DNA of 64,000 nucleotides from Candidatus Falkowbacteria bacterium (GCA_018693855.1 JABHMO010000043.1:4450-68449), one strand, 5' to 3'; shown: positions 1 to 10,657, numbered from the stretch's first letter. Numbers and translations: made by a program. Notes: generated from the letters alone by a model not told the origin.

Positions 1-987
1 TGACTGTTTTCGTGCTTCTTCTTTGTGATCAATTACCCAATTGATATGTTTAACCAACTGTTCAATACTTTTAGGAGAAAATAACAGACCATTTTTATTA
101 TGTTCAATAATTTCAGGAACACCACCCACATCAGTTGCAATTACATATTTTCCGGCTGCTGCTGCCTCAAGAACAGCCAAACTCAGACCTTCACTAATTG
201 ACGGAAGAACAAAAATATCTATATCTTTTAGCATTGACCGAACGTCAAGAACTGAACCAATAAATTTAACATTTGATTTAAGTTCCAAAGATTTAACTAG
301 AAGCTGCAACTCGTTTTTCATTGGCCCATCGCCAACTAACATAAGTTCCCATTTTTTTGCAGTAATAAATCGACAAGCTCTAATTAGATGTTTATGACCC
401 TTTTCTTTTGACAATCTACCAACTGAACCAATCACAATGCGAGGTTCGTTTAGAATACTAGGATTATGAACAAAGAATTTGTTCATATCAATTCCATTAT
501 AGATTAGCTCAACTTTATCAATATCAACTTTTTCTTTATTAATCATAAAATCTCTAACCGCATTCGAGATAGCCACTATTTTATCCATTTTACTTCTTGA
601 TTTGATAGCCAATTTATCTCGAACTGTCCCTTCACTTAAAAGGGCATGTCTAGTAGAAACGATCTTTTTCACATTAGCTTGTCGAGCAGCCATAGCGCCC
701 CAGAAATCAGCTGTAAAAAGATGAGTATGAACAATGTCAGGTTTTGTCTGTTTCAGATAGTCTGCTACTCGATCAATAATTTTCACATCAAACTTAGACC
801 GTTTATCAATCACTCGAAAGCTTATACCAGCTTCTTGCAAAGCTTGAGTTAACTCTTTATTTGATTTCTTTAAAATAACAACATCTAAAAGGAACTTGTC
901 CTTATCTATCTTTTTACAAATATCAAGCAAAAATCGCTCTGCACCAGCAAATTCAGTTGAACCTATAATGTGAGTTAGTTTAATCAT
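1..987 (-). CDS. glycosyltransferase family 4 (partial, runs off window start)
   Basis: Hand translation from ATG 987: MIKLTHIIGSTEFAGAERFLLDI...IIYNGID...IGSVGRLSKEKGH...IFVLPSISEGLSLAVLEAAAAGKYVIATDVGGVPEII, which are GT-B/GT4 motifs. Confidence 0.9.
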   Translation of the reverse strand, partial: MIKLTHIIGSTEFAGAERFLLDICKKIDKDKFLLDVVILKKSNKELTQALQEAGISFRVIDKRSKFDVKIIDRVADYLKQTKPDIVHTHLFTADFWGAMAARQANVKKIVSTRHALLSEGTVRDKLAIKSRSKMDKIVAISNAVRDFMINKEKVDIDKVELIYNGIDMNKFFVHNPSILNEPRIVIGSVGRLSKEKGHKHLIRACRFITAKKWELMLVGDGPMKNELQLLVKSLELKSNVKFIGSVLDVRSMLKDIDIFVLPSISEGLSLAVLEAAAAGKYVIATDVGGVPEIIEHNKNGLLFSPKSIEQLVKHINWVIDHKEEARKQS

Positions 988-990
988 ATT

Positions 991-1066
991 TTTAGCGTTT
1001 AGCTTTTAGTCCTTAGCGATTAGTTACCCAATGTAACTAACAACTAAAAGCTAAGGACTAATGACT
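991..1066. repeat. inverted pair of 7-mer arrays (TTTAGCN / NCTAAAA), intergenic hairpin
   Basis: tttagcgtttagcttttagtccttagcgattagttac...gtaactaacaactaaaagctaaggactaatgacta. Confidence 0.7.
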
Positions 1067-1766
1067 ATTTACGCACAATAGCAAAGATAATTTCGTCAAC
1101 ATACTTGGGGACTGAGGTAAATTCAAAGAAGTATATTGATTTCCAGAATAGATGAACTATTGATCGAATAAGCGACCTAAACAATCTTGTTACTTTGTTT
1201 TTGGGGAATCGGAATGCTTTAATCGTAATTTCAGAAAAACCGACTATTCTCAATGATTGAGTTAAACTATATTCAGTAAAACCAACAGTATGAGTAAAAT
1301 CATTGTGTCTAATTCGTAAACCAGCCAATGAAGACATATTCCCAGTTTTCACAATTAACTGCCCATCTGCATTCAATTTCTGTTTGATTTTTTCTAAGAT
1401 AGCTAGAATTTCATCCTTTTTGAAATGCTCAATCACATCATTCATAACAATCAGATCATACATCGGAGAACTATTTAAAAACTCAATTAAGTCTGTAATA
1501 TGTTTAGTTTTCGTGATTCCCTTTTCCTGACAGTAATCAACAGCTTCAGCGGAAATATCTATTCCATAAAAATCAGTATAACCACTGTTCGCTAAGTAAG
1601 TTAAAAATCTACCCATTCCACAACCAATTTCCAAAATTTTTGCGTCCTTATTTTCAGGTAAAAACTTTTTATAATTATAATTATAAAGTTCAATGACGGT
1701 TTGTTCATTTTTCTCATTTAGATCTTTGAATCCAGTTGATAAGAATTTTTCAAAAGCCCTCTCCAT
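1065..1766 (-). CDS. class I SAM-dependent methyltransferase
   Basis: ILEIGCGMG motif I, GIDIS, YDLIVMNDVIEH; polysaccharide-locus context. Confidence 0.9.
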   Translation of the reverse strand: MERAFEKFLSTGFKDLNEKNEQTVIELYNYNYKKFLPENKDAKILEIGCGMGRFLTYLANSGYTDFYGIDISAEAVDYCQEKGITKTKHITDLIEFLNSSPMYDLIVMNDVIEHFKKDEILAILEKIKQKLNADGQLIVKTGNMSSLAGLRIRHNDFTHTVGFTEYSLTQSLRIVGFSEITIKAFRFPKNKVTRLFRSLIRSIVHLFWKSIYFFEFTSVPKYVDEIIFAIVRK

Positions 1767-1770
1767 AGAA

Positions 1771-3153
1771 TTAATTTAAGATTCTTTTTTGTTGTAAAGT
1801 TAGAATTGTAAAACCGATCGCTAAAGGAAACCACATACGAGTACCGTAGTAAGAAGTTGAGAAAAACTGGAAGAAAACTACGCCAACAGCTAACATTAAG
1901 CAGACAAGAGCAACTTTTTTGTGGGCTGCGGTCTCTGAGATACGGTACTGTTTGTAATAATTATACAAAAAGTAACTTATCAATAAACAAAACGTACCAA
2001 GCCCCAAAATACCACTTTCAACCATCTGTTTCTGAATCATACCGTGAGCATCAAGAGCATCACCAAATTCAACCCAATACGCAAAGGTGCTACCAATTAT
2101 CAAATTAAAATTATTCAATCCGTGTCCGACAATAGGACTCTTTATAAATTCACTAACAGAGATCTGAGTCATCATTAACCGACTAGAAGTCGAACCTTGA
2201 ACTTCCGTTATCTGGTTCCACAAAATAAAATAAGAAGAAAACAATGCAACGATCACAAATAAAGCAACGAACGATACGGCTGTTTTCTTAATATTTTTTT
2301 TATAAAATGCGAAATATAAAACAATTAGTTGAAGTAAAAGAGCCAGCCAACCAGTCCTTGAGAAAGTTAGAAGTAAAACAATTACAGAAAACATTGAACC
2401 AACAATGTACCAACCTTTTGATTTATAATTATTAGATTTCAAGAACAAAATAATTAACAAAGGAATCGTTACTATCATTATTTCAGCAATAGCATTGTGA
2501 TTACCTCCGAGCAAATTATAACCAAACAGTTGATAAGGCACAGCACGGTGAGCAATTATTGATCCTTCACTAAAAATAGTTGAAAGAAGTCCTAAGATTC
2601 CTGCAAAAACTCCACTGGCAACCATTAATTTCAAAACATTCAATAAAACCTTCTTCGTCTTTATAATGTTAATCGGCAACAAAACATATACTAAGTAAAA
2701 AAACGAAATAGGTCTTAACAAATATTTTATTGCAGTTGTAATTGAATCATTATTAACAGTTGAAACTAGACTTGCAAGGACGAAAAGTGCAAACAAAACA
2801 AAACCCGGAAATATTTTCAAAAGTATTTGCTTAGCATGTTTCTTTTCTTCCAGATACAGAATAATTGAACGCAATACCATTCCACCAAGTAAGAGCATCC
2901 CAATAATGTCATGATAAGGAGCGTTAAAATTTCCAGAAATGAAATACCAGCCAGAAAAAGGATACAGAAGCGCAAAGATGTAAAGACCAACAACAGGAAA
3001 AGATGAGAAAAAGAGAATCAGCAGTAAAAAAGCATTTGCAGCCACAATCATCTGCCAATCTAAATAGAATAATGAGATAACATTAAATAAAGCAATTATT
3101 ACTAAATAGCTGATATAGTAAACTAACTTTTTATTTAGGTGAATTTTTTCCAT
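1771..3153 (-). CDS. O-antigen ligase/polymerase family (Wzy_C) membrane protein
   Basis: About 12 TM segments; LTFSRTGW, SSRL..., PIVGHGLNNF and DAHG motifs. Confidence 0.85.
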   Translation of the reverse strand: MEKIHLNKKLVYYISYLVIIALFNVISLFYLDWQMIVAANAFLLLILFFSSFPVVGLYIFALLYPFSGWYFISGNFNAPYHDIIGMLLLGGMVLRSIILYLEEKKHAKQILLKIFPGFVLFALFVLASLVSTVNNDSITTAIKYLLRPISFFYLVYVLLPINIIKTKKVLLNVLKLMVASGVFAGILGLLSTIFSEGSIIAHRAVPYQLFGYNLLGGNHNAIAEIMIVTIPLLIILFLKSNNYKSKGWYIVGSMFSVIVLLLTFSRTGWLALLLQLIVLYFAFYKKNIKKTAVSFVALFVIVALFSSYFILWNQITEVQGSTSSRLMMTQISVSEFIKSPIVGHGLNNFNLIIGSTFAYWVEFGDALDAHGMIQKQMVESGILGLGTFCLLISYFLYNYYKQYRISETAAHKKVALVCLMLAVGVVFFQFFSTSYYGTRMWFPLAIGFTILTLQQKRILN

Positions 3154-3231
3154 TTAATCTAAAATAAAGAAAGTTTTTTGCTCACTTTTTCTCATTGGAT
3201 TATAGCATAATAAAGCAAAATTAGCAAAATG

Positions 3232-3318
3232 ATGAGTGAAGTGAATTGGAGTAAATCGAGGTAAATCGAAGTGAATCGGAGTAAATCGAGGTGAATCGAA
3301 GTAAAATGCAGTAAATCA
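3232..3318 (+). repeat. 10-mer tandem array (GAAGTGAATC/GGAGTAAATC family)
   Basis: gaagtgaattggagtaaatcgaggtaaatcgaagtgaatcggagtaaatcgaggtgaatcgaagtaaa; same family at ~20455, ~27771, ~52462 and ~60127. Confidence 0.8.
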
Positions 3319-3384
3319 ATATTTTTAAAATTGAAAAGACCCGGAGCATGAGAGCTCGGGCCTTGTTGAAGTTAGAAAAAAGAA

Positions 3385-6300
3385 CTAGTCAATTTGAACT
3401 GGTCGACCGCCTTCGACGCAGGCCTCCACAGTGACAGAGACACCGTCAACAGTGCAGACAGGGATCGAGATGGCAGTACAATCATACCATTGTGGGTCAG
3501 GAGGTCCAGGCGCTTGCGCTTGAGATGCGCCGACGAAGACCGTTCGGCCTTGAATCCCCTGAGCATTTACAATTACGGTGAAACAGCCGTCTTGATCCAG
3601 CGGATTGTTCCAGTCGGACGCCCAGCCTCCACTACTCGAGCCCCAACCGAGCTGACCATAATCAGTCGGATTAAGACCACTATAACAGCAGTACACTTCG
3701 TGGAGATCTTCGACGTAGGTTTCACAACCATCACTGGCCGTACCTTGATCTTGATAACCCGGAATACAGGCATCGATTTGGCACTGACCATCAACACATA
3801 ACGTTTGACTGACCTGAGGCAGATTCCCGCAGTTATTCCCGCAAGCACCACAGTTCAGTACGTCATCTTCAAAGTTGGTGTCCTCGTCGACGAAACCATC
3901 GCAGTCATTATCCAGCTCATCGCAGAGTTCATTGCCTCCACGAGTCTGCCAGCAATTGTACTCGCACCCTTCAGTCTCCGGATCGATATTATGCCAACCC
4001 GAGTCACAGGAATACGAGCACTGACTGTTCACACACGACGCTGTAGCGTTGATGCCCGAACAGACGTCACCACAACCGCCACAGTTGTCTGGGTCGATTT
4101 CCAGGTTAAAGTCCTCATCGGTGAGACCGTCGCAATCGTCGTCTTCGCCGTTGCAGAGTTCGGAATCTAGCGGTTCTACCGCATCGAAACAGTCGCCCCA
4201 ATGGTTGCCGACGCATAGCCGCGATCCAGCCAAACAAATACCGATACCGTCTTGAGCGATCGGTCCGCAAGAGTCCGGATCGATCACCCCATTCGGGTTG
4301 CATTCACATCCTTCGTCCACTTGCCCATCGCAATCGTTGTCCAGTCCGTCACACATATTGACTTCGTCCGGTTGGCTATAACTACTACCTCCCGGCATAG
4401 TCGTGCAAACGGTCAAGTTAGACGGAGCGCACTCGATAAGACCATCTTCGCAGACGCCTTTACCTGTACAGGGTGCACCAACGTGAAAACCTTCATCGAT
4501 CTGACCATCGCAGTCATCGTCGGCGTAGTCGCATTTCTCGACAGCACCTGGATTTGCCCACGGAGCCAGATCACGACAGTCGCCATCGCAGACGCGATAG
4601 CCATCTTCATCGTAGTCCGCTTCGTTCTCAGGAACGATACCATCGCAGTCATCGTCCAGCCCGTTGCAGAGTTCCTGCTCCAGACCATTATAAGCGCCGA
4701 TGCACTCGGTCCACTGGTTGTTGACACAACGAATCTCTCCGAGTTCACAGATACCTTCGTCAGTGCCACACGGTAAGATCATGTCGTTTTGACAATTACA
4801 GTCTTCATCGAGTAATCCGTCGCAATCATTATCCAGCCCGTCTCCGAGCCCCTCTCCGCAGAGTTCAATGCTCGAGGGGAAATAGTCACTCCCATCCGGC
4901 AAGACACTGCATTGCCGTTCAGTTTGACTAGCACATTCGATCATGCCTTCGATATCACTGCACACTCCAACGCCCCAACACGGCTGACCGATAGCGTAAT
5001 CTTCGTCGATCGCGCCATCACAGTCGTTATCCAGACTGTCGCAGAGTTCCTGCGTGCCATCGTATTCACTGGCACCGACATCACTGCTACAGCGAATGGT
5101 CTGCGCGTCAGCGCATTCATAAACACCGTTACCGCACTCGCCACGACCGTTACACGGATCACCGATCAGAAAATCCTCGTCGATCTCACCGTCGCAATCA
5201 TCGTCGAGCCCGTTACAGGATTCGATCCCCACTTGCTGGCTACTGCCACCTGGATCAGTGCTGCAACGCGTATCATCGAGGTTTTCACACTCGATCACGC
5301 CTTGTCCGCAGACACCAACACCGTCGCAGATATTGCCAACGAAGTAGTCTTCATCGATTTGTCCATCGCAATCGTTGTCAAGTCCGTCGCAGGTTTCGCT
5401 TTGCCCGTCGTAAGACGAACCCCGCGGACTGGTACTGCAACGAGATCCATTGACTCCGTCGCATTCCCAGACACCGTCGCTACACTGGCCAATGCCAGCG
5501 CAAGCGATCCCCACATTGAAATCCTCATCGACGACGTCATCGCAATCGTTATCCACTCCGTCACAAAGTTCCTGCGTGCCGTCGTAGGACGACCCACCGA
5601 TATCGCTGCTGCAACGAGCGGACTCTGCATCTGCGCATTCGAGAAATCCGACTCCGCATTGTCCGACACCTTCACAGGCATCGCCGACACGGTAGTCTTC
5701 ATCGATCTCGCCGTCACAGTCGTCATCGAATCCATTGCAGAGTTCGTTCTCACTCTGGTCCTGACTGCCACCCGAATCGGTACTGCATCGCGTCGAAATC
5801 GAACTATCACACTCGATCTGACCCGTCCCGCAAGAACCTTCACCGATGCAGCTCACGCCGATATTGAAAATCTCATCGATGCTGCCGTCGCAATCGTTGT
5901 CCAGACCATCGCAAAGCTCGGACGAAGCACTGTAACTGGAACCTTCAGGATTAGTGCTACAACGAGCGCCTCCGAAGTCATTACACTCCCAGACACCGTC
6001 GCTGCACTCCCCGACTCCGTCGCAATGGTTGCCGACATTGAAATCCTCGTCGATCTCACCATCACAATCGTTATCCAGGCCGTCACACGTTTCAGACAAA
6101 CCTTCATAAGACGACCCGTTCTGATCCGTACTGCAACGTGTTTCGGTTTCGCTAGCGCACTCGATGGTTCCAAGTCCGCACTGACCCACACCCTCGCAGG
6201 TGTCGCCGATACGAAAATCCTCGTCAATCTCGCCGTCGCAGTCGTTATCCAGACCATCGCAGAGTTCCTCGGAACTCTCGTCATCAGGGCCACCTGGATA

Positions 6301-7722
6301 CGTATTGCAGGTCGAAGCCGATTCGCTCACACAAACGATCTCACCAGCCGAGCATACACCCAGCTGCGGACAAGAGTCGCCCACATTGAAATCTTCGTCA
6401 GTCAAACCGTCGCAGTCGTTGTCCAGGTTGTCACAAATTTCGGTCTCGGCCTCGTAGGCTGTACCACCGATATCAGTCGAACAGCGCGTGGAATCTTCGT
6501 CCTCGCACTCGAGCACGCCAATCCCGCATTCTCCGACTCCGTCGCAGGACAAGCCCACTCCGAAATCTTCATCTGCTTCACCGTCGCAATCGTCATCGAT
6601 ACCGTTGCAGATCTCTTCACTACTCTGGTCAGCACTGCTGCCTGGCGAAGTGGAGCAAACCCACAATAATTGGTTCTCTGCGCATTCCCAGACTCCCTGT
6701 CCACAAGCACCAACCACCGGACAGGGTTGTCCAATGATCACGCCCGGAAAAATGTTCTGATCAAGTTCATCGATCTCGCCGTCACAGTCGTTGTCCAATC
6801 CGTCGCAAAACTCCAGACGTCCAACATATTGACTGCCAAACGGATCAATATCACAAATACGACCGCCGTTGTCAGTGCATTCCCACTTGCCAACACTGGA
6901 GTTACAGGTACCGAAGGTACCCTGACACGGATAGCCGATCTCAAAGTCCTCATCGATCATGCCGTCACAATCGTTATCCAGATTGTCACAGGTCTCGTCA
7001 GTGGGCAGGATCTCATCGCAATCAGACCAAACACCATCTTCACAGGTCTGTTGACCGCGTTGACATTCGCCTTGTGCATCTTCATCGATACTGCCACAGT
7101 AACGAGCCGTACCATCACTGCATTCGCAATCTTCATCGAACTCGCCGTCACAGTCGTCGTCGTCCATATCGCAGGAGGTTTCACGACCGTACTCATCGAG
7201 ATGCATCTGGTCGATCACGCAAGCATACTCGCAACCCGGAATTTCCGGGTCGTAATCGTACCAGTTATCCATACACTCATACTGACAGGTACCATCGACG
7301 CATGAAACGCTGGAGTGCTCCAGATCTTCACAAGCGCTATTACACGCCCCGCAGTGCTCAACATTGGTACTCAGATTGAAATTCTCGTCAACCTGACCGT
7401 CGCAATCATCATCGAGCCCGTTACAATACTGTTCGAACTCCAACCCCAAACATTGGGATTCGGAGTGATCAACTGCATCGTAATCACCCAGAAGTTCATA
7501 TCGACAGAACTGACCAGCGCCACTCTCGTAGCACAGATAGCCTGCCGGGCATTGAGCTTGCGGTCCGCAAGGGATCACGCACTCACCATAGACACAGACC
7601 CATCCCTGGGCTGTACATGACTGCTCGCAAGGCGAGCTGTTGGAGTTGCTGGACTTGTTCCAGTCACAGCCACTTGTTGACAGAACGGAAGCCAAAAGGA
7701 AACAGAGAATCAGACGTCGCAT
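3385..7722 (-). CDS. secreted/lipo Cys-Asp-rich protein with 20 putative metal-binding (MopE-related, ExCDGLDNDCDGxxDE) repeats
   Basis: ATG 7722 after CCAAGGAG; signal peptide ending in lipobox-like TSGC; 20 repeats counted by hand; three (H/N)CG(A/G)C..xC modules; GC-rich codons. Confidence 0.85.
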   Translation of the reverse strand: MRRLILCFLLASVLSTSGCDWNKSSNSNSSPCEQSCTAQGWVCVYGECVIPCGPQAQCPAGYLCYESGAGQFCRYELLGDYDAVDHSESQCLGLEFEQYCNGLDDDCDGQVDENFNLSTNVEHCGACNSACEDLEHSSVSCVDGTCQYECMDNWYDYDPEIPGCEYACVIDQMHLDEYGRETSCDMDDDDCDGEFDEDCECSDGTARYCGSIDEDAQGECQRGQQTCEDGVWSDCDEILPTDETCDNLDNDCDGMIDEDFEIGYPCQGTFGTCNSSVGKWECTDNGGRICDIDPFGSQYVGRLEFCDGLDNDCDGEIDELDQNIFPGVIIGQPCPVVGACGQGVWECAENQLLWVCSTSPGSSADQSSEEICNGIDDDCDGEADEDFGVGLSCDGVGECGIGVLECEDEDSTRCSTDIGGTAYEAETEICDNLDNDCDGLTDEDFNVGDSCPQLGVCSAGEIVCVSESASTCNTYPGGPDDESSEELCDGLDNDCDGEIDEDFRIGDTCEGVGQCGLGTIECASETETRCSTDQNGSSYEGLSETCDGLDNDCDGEIDEDFNVGNHCDGVGECSDGVWECNDFGGARCSTNPEGSSYSASSELCDGLDNDCDGSIDEIFNIGVSCIGEGSCGTGQIECDSSISTRCSTDSGGSQDQSENELCNGFDDDCDGEIDEDYRVGDACEGVGQCGVGFLECADAESARCSSDIGGSSYDGTQELCDGVDNDCDDVVDEDFNVGIACAGIGQCSDGVWECDGVNGSRCSTSPRGSSYDGQSETCDGLDNDCDGQIDEDYFVGNICDGVGVCGQGVIECENLDDTRCSTDPGGSSQQVGIESCNGLDDDCDGEIDEDFLIGDPCNGRGECGNGVYECADAQTIRCSSDVGASEYDGTQELCDSLDNDCDGAIDEDYAIGQPCWGVGVCSDIEGMIECASQTERQCSVLPDGSDYFPSSIELCGEGLGDGLDNDCDGLLDEDCNCQNDMILPCGTDEGICELGEIRCVNNQWTECIGAYNGLEQELCNGLDDDCDGIVPENEADYDEDGYRVCDGDCRDLAPWANPGAVEKCDYADDDCDGQIDEGFHVGAPCTGKGVCEDGLIECAPSNLTVCTTMPGGSSYSQPDEVNMCDGLDNDCDGQVDEGCECNPNGVIDPDSCGPIAQDGIGICLAGSRLCVGNHWGDCFDAVEPLDSELCNGEDDDCDGLTDEDFNLEIDPDNCGGCGDVCSGINATASCVNSQCSYSCDSGWHNIDPETEGCEYNCWQTRGGNELCDELDNDCDGFVDEDTNFEDDVLNCGACGNNCGNLPQVSQTLCVDGQCQIDACIPGYQDQGTASDGCETYVEDLHEVYCCYSGLNPTDYGQLGWGSSSGGWASDWNNPLDQDGCFTVIVNAQGIQGRTVFVGASQAQAPGPPDPQWYDCTAISIPVCTVDGVSVTVEACVEGGRPVQID

Positions 7723-7819
7723 GGTATTTTCTCCTTGGTTAGACGTCACACAAAAATCAAGATTTTGCCCCGCCATGGCGGGGCTGACAGAATTGTCAAA
7801 GTCCTATGTAGAACATTAT

Positions 7820-7848
7820 AGATTAGCTTATTTTAAGGAAATTGTCAA
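7820..7848 (-). promoter_or_regulatory. sigma70-type promoter
   Basis: TTGACA-17 bp-TAATCT upstream of the 7722 gene. Confidence 0.6.
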
Positions 7849-7958
7849 GGGGAAATCACGAAACGCGGATCGCAGAACTCAGATCGTAAAACTCAAATTG
7901 ACAATTAAAACGGCCAGCAATAAAAAACAGCTAAATTTAGACAATTATTTAAAAACAA

Positions 7959-7990
7959 AGGACCTGAACAAATGTTCGTTCAGGTCCTTG
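7959..7990 (-). terminator. intrinsic terminator-like hairpin
   Basis: aaggacctgaac...gttcaggtccttg, followed by a T-rich run on the - strand. Confidence 0.65.
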
Positions 7991-8008
7991 TAATTCAGTA
8001 GCAAAAAG

Positions 8009-9451
8009 CTAGAAGCAAGCGTAAGGTACGGTTGCACGACGTTTCGTCGTCCCCTCGAGTCCATCAATGGTGTCAACCGTCACTTCGGGGTTACAGGTCA
8101 CCGTTAGCAACGCGGTGTATGACGTGCTGTTGAAATGGAACTCGTTCGAACTCCAACCACAGACACCTTCGTAACTCAGGAAGAATGCTTGACCGCAGTC
8201 AACTCGAGTTTCGTCACCGTTCCGCCCGCCCCACCAGTAGATGGCTTGCTGTCCTCCCGGACAACCAGAGAACATGCACCATACACCATCAGGGTCATAG
8301 GGCAACTCGTCGACAGCATAGTCTCCGAGATTGTCCTCATCACCATCGGGCTGACTATGGTTGAAACACATGGTCTCATCGCGGTACTCACCGCAACCAT
8401 ACCCACCACAGGACTCGACATGGTAGGTGCAATACCCCAGCTCGCAAACGCCCTCGAGATGGATTAAGCGATCCCGATCGTTCTCGCAGATCACGACGTC
8501 CGCCTGACACCGGTGATTGTCTTGGCACGGACGACAGAAATCCTCACTACACCAACGATATGTATCCTCGGGGCAGAACTGATTGCAGGTTCCTTCGACA
8601 GGCTCCGCATTTGAGCCGTCCAAACAGATCCGCTGCTCTTGCGTGCAAACTATCTCTCCCTCCTCGTCTTCCTGCTCGGTTTCATCGTAACTGTCGAGGT
8701 CGATGTCACCTTCATCGGACTGAACACACTGACCGTCGTAACAGCCTAACATACCGCAATCCTCAAGGTAAAGCTGACAACGGCCGGTTCCGTGCCCCTC
8801 GACATATTCGCATTGAGCGTTGTCGGGGTGGGTAAAAATGCGATCTCCCGACTGGCAATCGGCGATGTTCTCGCACTGCGAATTGGACGTACATGTCCAG
8901 CAATCCGCGATCTGATCATGACGACAAGCGCCGTACGCATCGCAATAGTCGCGAGTGCAAGGATCGAGGTCCGGGTCACAAATACAGACGTTCGGCTCAG
9001 CATCCGGCTCCGATTCGGTAGCGTCCGTGTCGGTATCGCCTTCTTCGCAACGCGAATCATAGACGATATGACACTGCCCCGTGTTACTACAAACTGCAAG
9101 CTGACAGTCTCCAACTTCCAGGTGATCGAGGCAATACTGCGACGTCTCACACGGAATTCCTGTCGCCTGCTCGTTGTCGGACTGCTCAGCCGTATCCACG
9201 GTGTCAGTGTCACCGCCGTAAACGGTGACACACTGATTGCGGATACAAGCCATTCCGTTCCTACACTGCTCGTCATCGGTGCATTCCTGGCTCGGCACAT
9301 CCTGAGTCTCAGTTTCACTGACGCTCTCGGTACGGGGATTTCCCCAGCCGGAATCGTCGGTGTCGCCGGAAAGAGTAGCCGTGCCGTTGCAAGCGGACAC
9401 GAACAGAGTAATGGCGATAATCGCCAGTAACAAGGAATGAATCTTCCTCAT
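8009..9451 (-). CDS. Cys-rich, acidic putative lipoprotein
   Basis: ATG 9451 after GGAGG; MRKIHSLLLAIIAITLFVSAC lipobox; GDTD acidic linkers; Cys modules. Confidence 0.85.
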   Translation of the reverse strand: MRKIHSLLLAIIAITLFVSACNGTATLSGDTDDSGWGNPRTESVSETETQDVPSQECTDDEQCRNGMACIRNQCVTVYGGDTDTVDTAEQSDNEQATGIPCETSQYCLDHLEVGDCQLAVCSNTGQCHIVYDSRCEEGDTDTDATESEPDAEPNVCICDPDLDPCTRDYCDAYGACRHDQIADCWTCTSNSQCENIADCQSGDRIFTHPDNAQCEYVEGHGTGRCQLYLEDCGMLGCYDGQCVQSDEGDIDLDSYDETEQEDEEGEIVCTQEQRICLDGSNAEPVEGTCNQFCPEDTYRWCSEDFCRPCQDNHRCQADVVICENDRDRLIHLEGVCELGYCTYHVESCGGYGCGEYRDETMCFNHSQPDGDEDNLGDYAVDELPYDPDGVWCMFSGCPGGQQAIYWWGGRNGDETRVDCGQAFFLSYEGVCGWSSNEFHFNSTSYTALLTVTCNPEVTVDTIDGLEGTTKRRATVPYACF

Positions 9452-9518
9452 AGGGGCCTCCATCTTCAAGGGTTTCGGAAATGAAAAGGTACGAAAAATG
9501 ACACTAGGATAACATCTT

Positions 9519-9547
9519 ATTATAGCAAAAAAGACGATCTTTGTCAA
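9519..9547 (-). promoter_or_regulatory. consensus sigma70 promoter
   Basis: TTGACA-17 bp-TATAAT. Confidence 0.8.
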
Positions 9548-9554
9548 CCTCTGT

Positions 9555-9590
9555 CACGTATCACTTAACACGTAGCACGTAACAGAACAC
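9555..9590 (+). repeat. 7-mer tandem array CACGTAN
   Basis: cacgtatcacttaacacgtagcacgtaacagaac; also at ~13443, ~19830, ~30655 (reverse), ~41466, ~43402 and ~58056. Confidence 0.75.
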
Positions 9591-9713
9591 AAAAATCATT
9601 AATTTAAGCTAAATTTAGACAAAACTTTATAAAATTTATTTAAAATGAAGAGCCCCGAACGATGTTGTTCGGAGCTCGACTGTTGAGGTTGAGAGTTAAA
9701 TCGTAATGACGAC

Positions 9714-10538
9714 CTAATACTGGCAGGTGTAGTTCAGTTCCACATCTTCGAGGCCGTGGCCCTGATAATGCGTTGTGAATCCACCGTCGCACTGAATCGT
9801 CAACTCGTCACCGTGATCCCACACGCTGGGATTGCAACCGGAGACGGATGAACAGTTGACCTGGTTATAGCGGAACCATGCGGTTCCGTATGGGACTTGC
9901 CCCCACGGACAGATGTCCCGACTCAGGTCGAACGTGATCCACTCACCACATTCGTGGTATTCCCCTTCGCTGCCGCCGTTCGTGCCTCCGGAATACCAGA
10001 GCGATACGAGATAGTTGGCGCGACAACCGGTCCAACGACAGGTAATCGTCTCGCCGGTCGGATCTGGGTCGTTGTCGTTGTCGTTGTCCGTGGTGTCGGT
10101 ATCACCGTTGTTCACCGGTTCGCCGATCAATTCGCATTCGCCTTGCATGGCCGCTACGAGATTGTTATCGCCGTCGTAATACGAGTCCACCGTTCGTGTC
10201 GGAACACAGCCCCAATGGCCATCCAACCCGTCAAGCGGTACATAGGAATTGCGGCGACAACTGTCTTCGGAAGAGAGGACGTCCATGAAACGGTTGGTCA
10301 CCGTGCGAATTTCGCACATGTTGGCACAACGTTTCATAGCGTAACCTTCTTCCGCGGATCGTATCTCGTCATTGATGCAAGTCATCGGCTGCGGACATCC
10401 CGCATCGGTGATGCATTGCTGCACCTCCCAATAGTCGATGTTCTGCGTCCCCGTGATCGTGGCATCATCCTGGCAGGCGATGGTGGTCAGAGCGATGGCC
10501 AACACGACCAACGTAACGAACAGATTCCTTTTCTTCAT
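9714..10538 (-). CDS. Cys-rich putative lipoprotein, paralog of the 8009-9451 product
   Basis: GAGGAG RBS; MKKRNLFVTLVVLAIALTTIAC lipobox; C-terminal domain aligns with that of the neighbouring gene. Confidence 0.85.
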   Translation of the reverse strand: MKKRNLFVTLVVLAIALTTIACQDDATITGTQNIDYWEVQQCITDAGCPQPMTCINDEIRSAEEGYAMKRCANMCEIRTVTNRFMDVLSSEDSCRRNSYVPLDGLDGHWGCVPTRTVDSYYDGDNNLVAAMQGECELIGEPVNNGDTDTTDNDNDNDPDPTGETITCRWTGCRANYLVSLWYSGGTNGGSEGEYHECGEWITFDLSRDICPWGQVPYGTAWFRYNQVNCSSVSGCNPSVWDHGDELTIQCDGGFTTHYQGHGLEDVELNYTCQY

Positions 10539-10563
10539 GATTTTTCTCCTCAGGTGAAAAGGT

Positions 10564-10657
10564 GGTCAATTGTGAAACGAAACAAGTATCCTCATCCGTT
10601 TTATCATAAATTATTTATAATAGAACAGATGAGGAGGGGATGAAAAGCTCCATCCCC
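10564..10657 (-). promoter_or_regulatory. two-hairpin leader element, copy A
   Basis: Hairpin 10636-10657, 47-bp imperfect palindrome 10589-10635, then GTTTCGTTTCACAATTGACC; homologous to 11358-11453 and 12482-12555. Confidence 0.65.

Noticed and set aside
3232-3318. Short tandem arrays as a possible CRISPR array
   Set aside because: Units are 7-10 nt with no unique spacers, and no cas genes are present
3394-7620. Long + strand ORFs (e.g. 4912-6669, 585 aa) and alternate-frame - strand ORFs
   Set aside because: Antisense or off-frame shadows of the GC-rich repeat gene; no RBS and no recognisable motifs
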